Below are positions 51,369 through 64,000 of a DNA stretch of 64,000 nt, one piece after another. This DNA is from Azolla caroliniana (lineage: Eukaryota; Plantae; Polypodiophyta). The translations under genes were made by a program, and so were the position numbers. Position 1 is the stretch's first letter. Each line of letters opens with the position of its first letter. The notes under the pieces were generated by a model. The model saw only the letters and a program-made list of their open reading frames with translations. It had not been told where the DNA came from and made no database searches. The stretch is taken from NCBI GenBank assembly GCA_043228905.1, contig JBHGNT010000002.1, positions 22,568,001 to 22,632,000 of the forward strand. Direction: 5' to 3'.

Positions 51369-53814
51369 ATGAATTTGGTATACCCCACAACCACCTCCTT
51401 CTTAACCTTCAACCACAACGAGAGAAGGAGAAACCCTAGTGGTTGTGGTTGGATCATTCCTTCTTCTTCTTCTTCTTCTTCTTCTCCATTTCTGATATGT
51501 TCTGCATCTCCACACAGCAATGTCTCTGTTTCTACACTGGACAATGCCACAGTCTCTCTATTCCAAGCTTCATGTGATCAACACCTTCAATCTGCTTGTA
51601 GCCTTCGTGTTCGCACATTTTGTCATGTTCCTCAACACACCTTCAGGGCAGAGGTGAGTACACACTGCCTTATCTCTTGGGCTGTGTGTGTGTGCGTGTG
51701 TGTGTGTGTGTCATTGATTTCACGATCAAGGGGTTATATCATGTTTTGGACTTCAAGGGAATGTTTTCATTAAAGACATGTCAAAAATTGCTGTAGAATA
51801 AAGACATGTCAAACATGCGATACAATACTGTCAAGGACATTCATGCCAAATTATTAGACCTATAATGTGGATAAGTTTATATACAAGGATGTTTTAAAAA
51901 ATGTCACAGTAGACTCTCAAAGACGTCTCATGCCAAAGATATTTAACCTATGATGTAGATAAATTTATATGCGAGGGTGAAATTTATATGCACGCATAAA
52001 CCATATCGATTTTAATTTGGTATTTTGTTTTTTTCTTAGTTTTACTTTGCTCTATGTAAACTGGTTGATCATAGGGGTGGTGTCTTGACTGATATAGGAT
52101 CATCTTCAATACCTTTCAGCCATTGAATTTGAAGCATTGAAAGAAAAGGTTGAAGGTAAAAGGACGGCATTTGGAAAAGTTCATTGCGTATTGGCAACTC
52201 TTCCTTCAACCAGTATTGATTGTATGCATGAAGAATTACTGTCACTCTGCAAGGTAATCTTAAAGTTTTATTTTTATTTGTATGTACATTGTGTGATAAC
52301 TTATGATTATCTTTTCTCGAAACTTGAACTCACAAACTTAAACGTAAAATGCAATCTTTTGACCTTTAAGGATATCGATACCTCTTTCTCTATACTGGGA
52401 CATGTGCTGATACAAAGTAACTAGTGACACATGGTATGCACTAAAAAGGAGTTTCCTCTCTGTTTTGATCATATGCATAATGCACCATACAGAATATTTG
52501 AGCCATATGTGCATGTGGGCATTTATGTATAAAAGGCATACATATGATTTACAATCTATTCGTTGGAGATAACAATGTCAATTCGCTTTTAATTCACGGA
52601 GGTTTTTAATTAAATGCATATATGTGAGTTGCCTCAAAATATTTTTTGCCATGAATGGCAGATAGATGGAGAGATGGGAACATCTGAGGATCAAGTAGTG
52701 GTGGGGTCTCTTGATATCAATCAAACTGCAGTTTTGCCTAATGAACTCATCGGAAGTCGTCCCGAGGTTTGATAATCGTTAATATTAGATCAAACTAATG
52801 ATATTATTGAAAATAAAGAAATCAATAAGTGAGGACGTTGTTCCTCCCAACCACCCCCAAGCAAAGGCTTTGAGAGGACCCTTAAACTTCGCCAAACCAG
52901 CATACATGGTTCAGAGATGTACCATGGCGTAGATGAGATGATAGGCACCTTGACACAAAAACTTTGCCAAACCACCAAAGTCTCCGAGTCTCTCACCCAG
53001 GAGATGATAAAATGGGGTAGTTAGTCCCATATTTATATATTAAGCCAAAGGCTCCTTGGCCGCCACGTAGTGCCTACATGTTGCTGACCATGCTAGGTTG
53101 CCTCAAACCCTACGATAATTATCCTTCCTTATTTATTTATGATAAATTAGTCTTCCCATTTGGACCTAAAGCTATGTCCATAATGGTGTGGGTTTTTCCT
53201 GATCAACGGATTGCAAGTCATCCTGTTTTGCTCCTAGTGAGCTTATCAGAACTCATCCTGAGGTTTGATAATCATAACTAGTGTAGTTTGGGCCTAGTGA
53301 GCATACTCGTCCTGAGATTTGATAGTCATAATTAGTGTAGGTTTTGCCTGATGAACTTATTGCAAGTTGTCCCGAGGTTTGATAGTCTAACTAATGAAGT
53401 CTATCTAGTGCTTGATTCAGGTTAAGATTCTCTTAATCTCTATTTATTGCTCAAATAAGGATATGGCTGAGATTCAAGTCAAGTAGATGCTCATTTAACC
53501 CACATTTGCGCAAGCATAGAAGTTGAGAAAAAGAGACTGGAAAACTAAATTTCACTAGTGTAAGGTGAGTATTTTTATGATAAAAAGCAAAAGAAGGGAG
53601 AAGGTAAATACTCGATGAAAGTATTCAATACAAAAGATGTAAAATTGTGTAAAAAATTGAAAACAAGTGTTACTTTGGATGCATTATTGATAGGGTAATG
53701 CAGCGAATCAATGTCGTGGATATCTTAGCAATGTTTGTGTTGCAAAAGAATTGCAAAGAAAACGCATCGGCGTAAGTCTTATTGCATACGCAAGGACAGT
53801 TGCAATATCACTAG
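51369..53814 (+). CDS. Plastid GNAT acetyltransferase (At4g28030/GNAT7-like), exons 1-4; 3' exon(s) not found in window
   Basis: Exons 51369-51653, 52098-52253, 52662-52766 and 53694-53814. Motifs: ACSLRVRTF, DHLQYLSAIEFEALKEK, VVVGSLDINQ, RGYLSNVCVAKELQRKRIG. Ser-rich transit-peptide-like N-terminus. Family match is from memory. Confidence 0.88.
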
Positions 53815-54934
53815 GTACGTTTGCCAACATGTTTTTGTTCTTGATTGTATCCATTGATTTTCTTCTTTTTCATCCTGAAGTTATTTTAGTTTTGATGATT
53901 TACCTTATGGGAGTGAGAGAGAGAGAGGAACTTTATACTCATGCAACATGATACTCTGAAATACTCCAATTTTTTGTCATTTCCCCAAATGCTCCTATAT
54001 TTTCATTTGACCAAATGCCCCTATATTTTCATTTCACCAAATGCTCTTGGTCAATCCCTCCAAAGAGAGAAAAAGGAGATAAATTGATTGTATAATTTCT
54101 TGAATAGTATTTAACTGAGAAAAATGTGCACGAATCAATCCAATACCTTTGCTCAAATAGCAATTGTTCCATGGCATAGTTGATGACTCGGTGAATGGTG
54201 CAATCGAGGACACTCTCAACTGCTTTTATATAAATGGCATATATAATACACTTTTTCTCATTAATTATTGATGACATTATGACAACGGTAGTTTATTCTT
54301 GATGAGAAGGAATAAATGATATGACAAGAAAGAGGTGAACTTTAAGTACATGGGTATATCCACCACACATGAGTTCACATATTGGACAATTGAGTTTGAT
54401 TCTCAACACACCCTGTCAAGCTCAATTTTGTCGTGGATGATACTTACATTTGGCTTGATATATTTTATTTTCTCTGTCAAGCTTGGCGAATTAGGGTGGA
54501 CATAGCCTAGGTGCCTTCCAAAATTGTCCATGCCAAGTGCCTTGGTGGAGAGTTTCAGTCTAGTGACTGGTTCAAACATGTTGGTGATCCCGTCTTACTA
54601 TGGTCCATTTCAAGATGTAGACTTGATGCATATCAAAATGTTCATTTTTATTTGGGACATTGTTTGTTCTGGTTTGAGCGATATATTCACTTGTTGTCTA
54701 TTTGTATGACCTTCTTCACTCAAGGTGTGCTTGCCCATAAGTACACCGAGAGCATCTATACAGGAACCGTATTCCACACCATCTTTGTTGGAGGTATGAT
54801 TATCTTCATCCTGCTCATGCATCTTCGACTTTCCTTTGAGCAAGTGAACTCAAGCAGATATATTTGCCCATTGGCTATTTACATGACCTTTTTCACTCTA
54901 GGTGTCCTCGCCATAAGTATACTGAGATTGTCTA

Positions 54935-57900
54935 TGTTGGAGGGTGGCAGCTCCAGACCTGCACTCTCTTTCATATTTATTATCTCTGTACTACATTCTC
55001 TCTTTTCTCAGATTCTTCTCTCTCTAGAATCTGCAACTCTTTAAATGCCTTCTCTCTCTAGAATCTGCAATGCTTTAAATGCCTTTTCTCTCTTCTACCT
55101 TTTCCAAGATATTCCCTTTTATTCCTAGTTTTTTGTACCTGTTTGGTAGTACAAGAGTCACTTAACTACCAAACAGCCATTTCACCCACATTCCCCAATT
55201 TTGTATAAATAGGCTATACCAGCCTCTTTTGTATAGTTTTTATTTTCTTTTTTGCTACTTAAAACAAGCTCTATTCCTTGGCTGTGTCTTTGCTCTTTGC
55301 AACCATTTTTTCTACTGCTGTCTAACAGCCTTCTCACAGCTTGGCTGTGCCTATTTTGTTTTAAGTCTTCCGCTGCTGCTATTAACAGCTTTTCTCACAT
55401 GGTATCAGAGCAGTGAGGTCTCCATATCCTCAGCCTGATTTTTTTTGCCAAAGAGCACACATGCCTATCTTCTTTTATCCCTCCCTCCCAACCCTACAGA
55501 GGAGGCTCTTCTGTTTTCTTTTCCCCTTATCTGAGCCTCACCTAGCATCTAGGGAGAAGTAGAAAGACCCTGAGTATCTACTTACAACTGCTGTAAATTG
55601 TCCAGCTGTAGCTCAAGAGGAGGATATCCATGGCCTCACATGCCACCATTGTTTCATCAACCATTCCCCAACTCCCCAAAGAATCCATCTTGGATGGGAA
55701 CAATTACTTGGATTGGGAGCTACAAATAAAGACCTTGCTACAATACCATAGTTTATGGAATGTAGTCAATGGTAGTGACAAGAAACCACCAGTAACTTCA
55801 TCCTCTTCAACCAAATCAGTTGCCGGCTCATCTAACACTGAGATTGAAGCTTGGCTAGATAAGGATTCTCGTGCTCATGCTTTCCTCATGTTTAATATTA
55901 AACCGAGCATCGCTCGTCAATTTCAAGATAAAGATGACGAGACAGCCAATGAACTATGGACAGCCATCAAAAGGAGGTATCATCGAGCTAATCATGCTCA
56001 AATGATAGCTATTGAAAGCCAACTAGCAAATCTCAAGATTCATGACACTCCCAACATCATGGATCAAATAACGGAATTTGTCACTCTCCAAAAGGAACTA
56101 GTTTCTTTGGGAAGCAAGTCCACTGAAGTTGAGTTTGTGCATCGTCTAATGATAAAGTTGCCTGAGTCATTCTCAGCCTTTTGTGACACCATTTCTCTTC
56201 TTCCCAACACACCTGACATGAATACATTTCTTGGTATGCTACAAGATAGGGCAACAAGGAAGAAAAGTGCTCAAACTTCCAATGAGACGCTTCTACATGC
56301 GACAAGTAAAGGCAAGTGGAAGCAAAATGGTAACTCCTACAACAAACCCAATCCAAGACTGCCAAACAACCCAGCTTACAAGGAGCTCACTTGTCATTAT
56401 TGTGGCTACAAAGGTCACATTCAGCCAGATTGTCGGAAAAAGAAAAGGGACAATGCTAAGAACTCTTCTTCTACCAGAAATCAACCTACACCGAAATCCA
56501 ACTCGGCCCACTCAGCCAAAGAAACAGTTTTCCTTGGCATTGAGGAACATACTTCACATTTGGCTGGACCAACTACTTCAACTATCGATGAGTGGTTAGT
56601 AGATAGTGGTGCCACTTCACACATGACCTATGACAAATCCATTTTGCATGATGTGAAGCCTAGCTCTTCCCAAATCTCTATAGGAGATGCCTCAAGCATT
56701 GAGGCTTCATGTGTGGGTAATGTGTTTCTTGACAATTCTTCAAGTGAAGAACCTGTCGTTCTTCAAGATGTGCTAAATGTGCCTCGCATCTCTACCAACC
56801 TACTTTCGGTTTACAAAATCACCAAGCAAGGTTATGGAGTCTACTTTGATAGCTCAGTTTTGGAAGTGATTGACACCAACAGCCTACAAATTGTAGCTAG
56901 TGGCACACAAGAAGGGGGTTTATATTGCCTAAAAAGCTCCCATAGCCCCTTGGAAAACTCCAAATCTCATCTTCTTCATCTTCTTCAAGGCTCTCATGCC
57001 TTGGTGGCACAAGAAGATCCCACGTTGTGGCATGCTAGGTTTGGTCATCTCAACTATGATTCTCTTCAAAAGCTCTCCTCCTCCCAACTAGTTGAGGGTC
57101 TTCCTATTTTCAAATCTCCCAATACCCCATGTGTTGCTTGTCTTCATGGCAAGCAACATCGAGAGCCTTTCCCTCATGAAGCCACTCACCGAGCAACATC
57201 TATCTTGGAGTTAGTGCACATGGATCTTTGTGGTCCCATGAAAACCACTACTCTTGGTGGTGCACGCTACTTCATGCTTATAATTGATGACTTCTCCCGC
57301 AAGGTTTGGGTTTATTTTCTTGTAGAAAAATCCCAAGCCTTCGCAAAATTTCAAGAATGGGTAGCTCTCGTGGAGAACGAGACATCGAAGAAAGTTAGAA
57401 AGATCAGGTCGGACAATGGTGGAGAGTTTATCTCCAAAGCTTTCCACCATTTCTGCTCTCAACGAGGCATTGCTCGCCAATTTTCTACACCCAATACTCC
57501 TCAACAAAATGGAGTCGTGGAAAGGAAGAACCGGACAGTCCAAGAGATGGCTCGTACGATGCTATCTCAATCTGATCTTCCTCTCTCGTTTTGGGGTGAA
57601 GCTGTCAACACAGCAGTCTACATCATCAACTGCTGGCCAACAAAAGCAGTTGCTAGAATGACGCCTGAAGAAGCATTTACAGGTGTAAAGCCCTCAGTAT
57701 CTCATTTTAAAGTCTTTGGTTGTGATGCTTATGTTCACATTTCAGATCATAAAAGGACGAAATTTGAGTCCAAAACCAAGAAATGCAAATTTCTTGGTTA
57801 CAGCACACAATCTAAAGCATACAGGTTATGGGATTTAGAGTCAAAGTCCCTAGTCATATCTAGGGATGTTCATTTTGTGGAGTCTCAGCCGGATGACTCT

Positions 57901-58766
57901 AGGATTTTACCTGAGTTCATGGTTGAAATCCAAGCTCCTCCGGAATCTCCTATTTTAGACGAAGATGTCTCATCTTCAAGCCCCCCATCTCCTCCTACTC
58001 AATCTCTAACTTTGCCAACAATTCAAACCTCTCCCTCAACTCCACTTGTTTCCACTCCCTCTACAAACCAACTTCCACCACTTCCCAAGTGGCTTCAAGC
58101 CACCATTCGTGATTCTCATCTCTCCGATGCTGAACTTCATGAGTATACATCTGGTTCTCGAACACGTAAGTCACAACAGCCTCTTCACTCATGCAACTTT
58201 GCCTTATTGTGCACTGTTGTGCAATCAAAAGAACCCACAACAGCAAAAGAGGCCCTTGTTCTTCCAAAGTGGAAAGCAGCAATGGAAGTTGAACTTGATT
58301 CCATTGAGCGGAATCATACATGGGAGCTGGTCCCACGGCCACCACATCGACAAGTCATTGGATTGAAATGGATTTTCAAGACCAAATACCATGCTGATGG
58401 TACTTTGGATAAGCACAAGGCACGTTTAGTGGCAAAAGGCTACTCACAAGTTGAAGGAGTGGATTATGAGGAAACTTTTGCTCCAACAGCATGGTACACA
58501 TCTATCCGATGTGCGCTTGCACTTGCTGCTCACAACAAATGGGCCGTTTTTCAAATGGATGTCAAGTCAGCCTTCCTTAACGGTGACTTGAAAGAGGAGG
58601 TTTATGTTGAACAGCCTCCAGGTTTCGAGATTTTAGAGCAGAAAAACATGGTCTACAGGTTACACAAAGCCTTGTATGGCTTAAAGCAAGCTCCCAAAGC
58701 TTGGCATGACAAAATTGATAGCTTCTTTCTCTCTCTTGGGTTTCAGAACTGTTATGTTGACAACAA

Positions 58767-58798
<32 letters not shown>

Positions 58799-59317
58799 AT
58801 CAGCTCCTCGGTCGACTCAATGTTTGATGGCCGTTCTGGAGCTGAGAGGAGGTGTTGGAGGGTGGCAGCTCCAGACCTGCACTCTCTTTCATATTTATTA
58901 TCTCTGTACTACATTCTCTCTTTTCTCAGATTCTTCTCTCTCTAGAATCTGCAACTCTTTAAATGCCTTCTCTCTCTAGAATCTGCAATGCTTTAAATGC
59001 CTTTTCTCTCTTCTACCTTTTCCAAGATATTCCCTTTTATTCCTAGTTTTTTGTACCTGTTTGGTAGTACAAGAGTCACTTAACTACCAAACAGCCATTT
59101 CACCCACATTCCCCAATTTTGTATAAATAGGCTATACCAGCCTCTTTTGTATAGTTTTTATTTTCTTTTTTGCTACTTAAAACAAGCTCTATTCCTTGGC
59201 TGTGTCTTTGCTCTTTGCAACCATTTTTTCTACTGCTGTCTAACAGCCTTCTCACAGCTTGGCTGTGCCTATTTTGTTTTAAGTCTTCCGCTGCTGCTAT
59301 TAACAGCTTTTCTCACA
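54935..59317 (+). mobile_element. Young Copia element D, 465-bp apparently identical LTRs, TSD GTCTA, RT truncated and RNase H missing
   Basis: LTRs 54935-55399 and 58853-59317 (TGTTGGAG...TCTCACA), PBS TGGTATCAGAGC 55400-55411, PPT GAGAGGAGG before 58853, GTCTA at 54930-54934 and 59318-59322. Confidence 0.97.
55630..58827 (+). CDS. Copia D gag-protease-integrase plus partial RT (1065 aa)
   Basis: CHYCGYKGHIQPDC, WLVDSGATSHM, HMDLCGP, RSDNGGEF, KARLVAKG, QMDVKSAFLNG, LYGLKQAP. The ORF ends before the YVDD catalytic motif. Confidence 0.93.
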
Positions 59318-60052
59318 GTCTATATAGTAATGGTATTCCTTGTCATATTTATTGTAGCGTGCCATATAAGTCTAATGGTCCATCATGTGGATCCGTGTCA
59401 CATTGACCAAGGTTCATCTCACCCTTGTTGGATGACTTTTGGCCTTGCCTTCCACCATACTTCTGGTAGAGCTTAGTGTGTACAAATCATGTAATGTTGA
59501 GTACAAAAAGATATTCAATATCTTTCTCGCCTACTGTTCCTTCATACACACACACACATACACACACACAGACACACACACACATATGAAGAGGGAAATA
59601 CCAAAGATTTAGCTCTAGGGAATGTAATGAGCATGGGATGATGATGAAGAGAGAATGCCCAATCCGTTTATCACATCTTGGCATTTATCATCATCACACC
59701 CCTTCCACACTTGGGAGGGTATAAAGGTTTATAGGTTCGCTCTTTACCATCTTAGCATCACTATTGTTGGTGTTGGTGTTGGTAGTGGCAACAACATTAG
59801 TGCATTCCATATATCTTGATTCTTTAGCATTAGGACATTTGCAATGGCAGTGGCACAAGAAAAGAATAATTGTAATAAGGTCTTAAAACGGTGAGAAAAG
59901 AATAGATCCTAATATAAGTAATAAGGGTGAAGGGATAGAGTATTATTCTTATCATATCTTCTAACACGGGGAGGGAGAAAAATGTCTATGCTTCTTCTTT
60001 GTGCATTTTTTGGTCGTCTCTTTCCTTTTATTTGTGGTCATTGTCATCATCT

Positions 60053-63000
60053 TATTAGAAATATTGAGAATCGAGTAGATAGGTATATAGAGTTACAACT
60101 GCAGAGATGGATATATGAAAACAGAATTTCTATTACATATGAGAGTAGTTCAAAATGGTAGTTTTCCCATGCGCTCACACCTTAGAGCTTAGATAGGATA
60201 TGGACCGGCTCACTACAAAATTAGTGGGGACTGATGATCAATCTTACCACTGTGTGAGAAAAGTGACTTATAATCTATGTTTGGTCTTAGTATAAATGTG
60301 CAAGTCAGTTGACAGTAGTGGAGATATTCCTTTTCTGTCAACTGACTTGTCATTTAATATGACCCAACTCCCTAGGTACAGGCTAGTGCTAGATAATACT
60401 TATCTTGAAGTCAATGACGCATACTTCAAGACTAAGTACATCGTAACTTGCCCACAAAATATTCTAGCTGACTTGATTAGCCAATCCTTTTATCTATTTC
60501 TCTCTTTCCTAAATATATTGTGTCCTACGCATCTACGGTTTCCTAGATTAACACCTTATCGACCCATATGGTCGAGTTGCACACTAGCTGCTCCTCATTT
60601 GGGGCGCTATCACAAAATGTGCACTCTAAGAGCACATATGGGGATAGATTTACAATTTGGGGCTGATCATTGATTATATCTAACACGCCCCCTCAATGAT
60701 CAACCCATTGAGTTCACTTGGAATTGGGCCAACACCTAGTCGTCGAAGGTGTTGTTGCAACTGTTCTGCTCCAAGCGCCTTTGTGAAGATATCTGCAGCA
60801 TTTTCTGATGTTGGACAGTACTCAAGCTCCACAATCTCATCATTTATTAGCTCCCGCACATAGTGATACTGAATCTCTATGTGTTTAGTACGTGCATGAA
60901 ATACGGGGTTCTTGGCAATGGCCATGCAACTCTGATTGTCACACCTCAATACCGTTGCCGTCCTTATTGGGACTGCCACATCCATAAGGATTCTTCTTAG
61001 CCAAACTACCTCGCATGCCGCTATGCATGCTGCTTTGTATTCTGCCTCCGTTGAAGATAGTGCCACTGTTGGTTGTTTTTTACTACTCCATGAAACAGCT
61101 CCAGATCCTATTGAAAAACAATATCCAGAAACTGATTTTCTGGAATCACTATCTCCAGCCCAATCAGAGTCGCAATATCCACTAAGTTGGTCAATTGTTG
61201 GCTTGTAGAAGATTCCATAATTTAAAGTACCCACAATGTACTTTAATACACGTAGAGCAGCTTTCCAATGAGTCTCCTTCGGCTTGTTGCTGAATCGACT
61301 CACCACATTGACTGCAAAACAAATATCCGGCCTAGTGTTGCATAGGAAAATTAGACTTCCTACTAGTTGTCTATACTTCCTTATGTCAACCATTGGTGAT
61401 GAGTCTTCTTGGGATAGCTTGTAGTTTGACTCCATTGGAGTCGACTTCGACTTGCTGTCCATCATCCCGAAGGTCTTCAAGATCTCTGTTGCATACTTTC
61501 TTTGTGACATGAAGATGCCGACCGAGGTTTGCCAAACCTCAATTCCAAGGAAGTAGTGTAGAATCCCCAAGTCTGTCATTTCAAACTCAGTTTTCAAACA
61601 CTCTTGTGTTTGGCCAATGCACTCTTCATGGTCACCAGTAAGTACTAGATCATCCACGTAAATGATAATGATGACTTGTTTCCCGTCCTTCATTTTGACA
61701 TACATACTTGCATCCGAAGCACATTGCATAAAGTCGATTGATCGTAAGAAGCTGTCTATCCTCTTGTTCCAAGCTCTTGGTGCTTGCTTTAGACCATATA
61801 GTGCCTTCTTCAGCTTGCAAACTTTGTTTTCTGAATTCGGTATCTCAAACCCCGGTGGTTGTGTCACATATACCTCCTCCTTGAGATGCCCATTCAGAAA
61901 TGCTGATTTGACATCCATTTGATAAATCGGCCATCCTCTTGAAGCAGCCAACGCTATGACCATTCGAATTGTTGTCATGCGAGCTGTCGGGCAAATGTTT
62001 CTTGTACATCGAACCCTTCAATTTGGGAGTATCCTTGCGCTACTAGCCTGGCCTTGAATTTCTCCAAAGAGCCATCAGCTTTATACTTTACTTTCCATAC
62101 CCACTTCGTGCCTATCACCTTCTTCTTTGTTGGCCTCTCTACCAACTCCCATGTGTCATTTTTCATGATGCTATCATATTCTGATATCATCGCCTCTTTC
62201 CACTTCGGGTCGGCCATAGCTTCCTCCACCGAGGTCGGCTCACTCACTGAGCCTATGATGTCCACCATCAGAGCCATGTTGACAATGTGGTCAGAGGTTC
62301 TTCCTTGCTCCTGTATTCTTCTTGATCTTCGTAATCCATCAGTTGAAGTTTCAGGAAACTCAACTTTAGGAGTATGATCATTGAAGAGTTGTTGAGCCCA
62401 CTTAGGTATTTTCTTTACATGTGGGACGGGCATAGGCTGAACTAGTGAACCATTACCATCAGATGGTTCAGCTTCCTTTTTTGGATAATGGGTCGGGATT
62501 GGGTAAAATACTTCTTCAGTTGATGAGATAACTTGAGAATTGTTGTTCTCAGCTAGCTGTGGTTGTTCCTCATCGAACACCACATCGCGGCTTGTCAATA
62601 TCTTTCTTGCCTCTGGATCGTAGAGTCGATAGGCCTTTGACTCTTCACTATATCCGAGAAAGATACACTTTTTGCTTTTAGCATCCAACTTCTTTCTGCT
62701 CACATCTGGAATATGTGTGTAGCACATACACCCAAAGGTTCTGAAGTGCAGCACTGAAGGTTTCTTGTCTGAATAAGCTTCTTGGGGTGATTTCCCTTGA
62801 AGTGCCTTCGTGTAGCTCCGATTGAGGATGTAAACGGCTGTGTTCACTGCTTCAGCCCAGAATGGGTTGGGCAGCGCTTGTGCCTTCAACATACACCTAG
62901 CCATCTCGACAACTGTTCGATTTCGACGTTCGACAACGCCATTTTGTTGTGGGGTGTAGGCAGTTGTAAGTTGGCGCTTAATTCCATGCTCTTTGCAATA

Positions 63001-64000
63001 CTCACAGAATTCTATTGATAAGAATTCTCCACCTCGATCAGAGCGTAGCTCCTTCACTAACTTTCCAGACTCTCGCTCGACAAACTTATGCCATCTTTTG
63101 AAGATTTTAAAAGCTTCAGCCTTCTCCCGAAGGAAGTAAACCCACATCTTTCTGCTGAAGTCGTCGACTATTAGCATATAGTAGAGAGATCCACCCATTG
63201 CAGGAGTCACCATTTTTCCAGAGAGGTCAATGTGTATTAGCTGTAGAGGAGTCTTTGCCCGATTTTGACTCTCTTTTGGAATGGCTGATCTTTGATGCTT
63301 GCCCATCATACAAGCATCACAAACATGACTTAAGTCAGATAGGGTTGGCAACCCAACTACCATATTCGACTTCTTCATCTCCTTCAACACAGCAACGTTG
63401 AGATGCCCAAATCTCTCATGCCATTGCTTTGTGTTGGTACTTGTGCTGTGGTCAGTAGAAATGGTAAACGCGCTCAGCTCATAGAGATTGTTGCGCCTCA
63501 CCCCTATTCCTACAACCTTGCCAGCAGAATCTGTTATTTCTGCACCCGACTTCTTGAATCGAACATCAAGACCCTTGTCAGTCAGTGCAGAAATGGACAG
63601 TAGATTCTTCTTCAGATCTGGCACGTACAACACTTGAGAGAGATGCTTTGTCCCACCGGTCGTTGCTTTGAGGGAGACGGTTCCGGTTCCTTTGGCCGGA
63701 CATCGAGCATTGTTCCCGACCACAACATTGATGGGCTCTTGTAGAGGTGTCCAAGAACTGTACCAGTCACGATTACTGGTCATATGTCGGGATGCTCCAC
63801 TATCGAGAATCCAAGACTCATCAACAACTTGAGTGTCAACTGAAGAACACACTTCTTCAGTTGCGACCCATAACTCAAGTTCATCTACGACATTGTTAGC
63901 GGACTCGGGCTCTCTCCAAGAAGTCTTATTAGAACCATTCTTCTCATCCGCCATCTTCTTTCGACAATCCTTGATTGTGTGACCCTTCTTGTCACAGTAG
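60053..64000 (-). mobile_element. Near-intact Copia element E (3' LTR ~60053-60685, PPT 60686-60694); 5' end beyond window
   Basis: ATTGAGGGGGCG-TGTTAGATAT junction on minus. Pol ORFs 61975..63954 and 60680..61978. The outer LTR boundary is inferred only. Confidence 0.9.
60680..64000 (-). CDS. Copia E polyprotein (Zn knuckle, PR, IN, RT, RNase H) with one 1-bp frameshift near 61990
   Basis: YCDKKGHTIKDC, WILDSGASRHM, RSDRGGEF, IYVDDL, CDSDWAG, CDNQSC, ADIFTKAL. ETFAPTARMTT is restored by adding one C. Confidence 0.92.

Larger units (their letters stand above)
54290..59480 (-). mobile_element. Old decayed Copia RT/RNase H remnant in GNAT intron 4 (54290-54934 and 59318-59480), target of Copia D
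   Basis: Minus-strand TTGACAGGGTG-TGTTGAGAATC (PPT/LTR junction) at ~54398-54419. Decayed RH-like coding sequence appears on both sides of Copia D. Confidence 0.5.

Noticed and set aside
52805-53078. Solo LTR in GNAT intron 3
   Set aside because: It has LTR-like composition and a TATA on minus, but no matching TSD or canonical second terminus.
53459-53480. Extra short GNAT exon
   Set aside because: Exon 3 joins exon 4 (53694) in frame and already supplies the linker; there is no good donor here.

Overview
Plant nuclear DNA, probably from a non-seed vascular plant such as a fern (inferred from TE families and gene style). Positions 1-21.4 kb are a nested LTR-retrotransposon island. A decayed minus-strand Copia (A) hosts three insertions: (i) a Tcn1-like chromovirus, itself hit by another Copia; (ii) a complete 15-kb non-chromovirus Gypsy (B, TSD TATTT) with a Copia nested in its 5' LTR and a ~1050-codon extra ORF; (iii) a solo LTR. 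Positions 23-54 kb hold four plus-strand intron-containing genes: an alpha/beta-hydrolase, eIF4E, a TPD1-like secreted peptide and a plastid GNAT7-like acetyltransferase. The last visible GNAT intron holds a very young RT/RNaseH-deleted Copia and a near-intact Copia. The most striking observation is that Gypsy B has no polypurine tract. In its place, 2 nt from the 3' LTR, is a copy of a tRNA-Arg 3' end (an inverted second PBS), suggesting tRNA priming of both strands or RNA circularisation/self-priming. The chromovirus separately shows a Tf1-type self-priming signature. All coordinates and alignments were read by eye.
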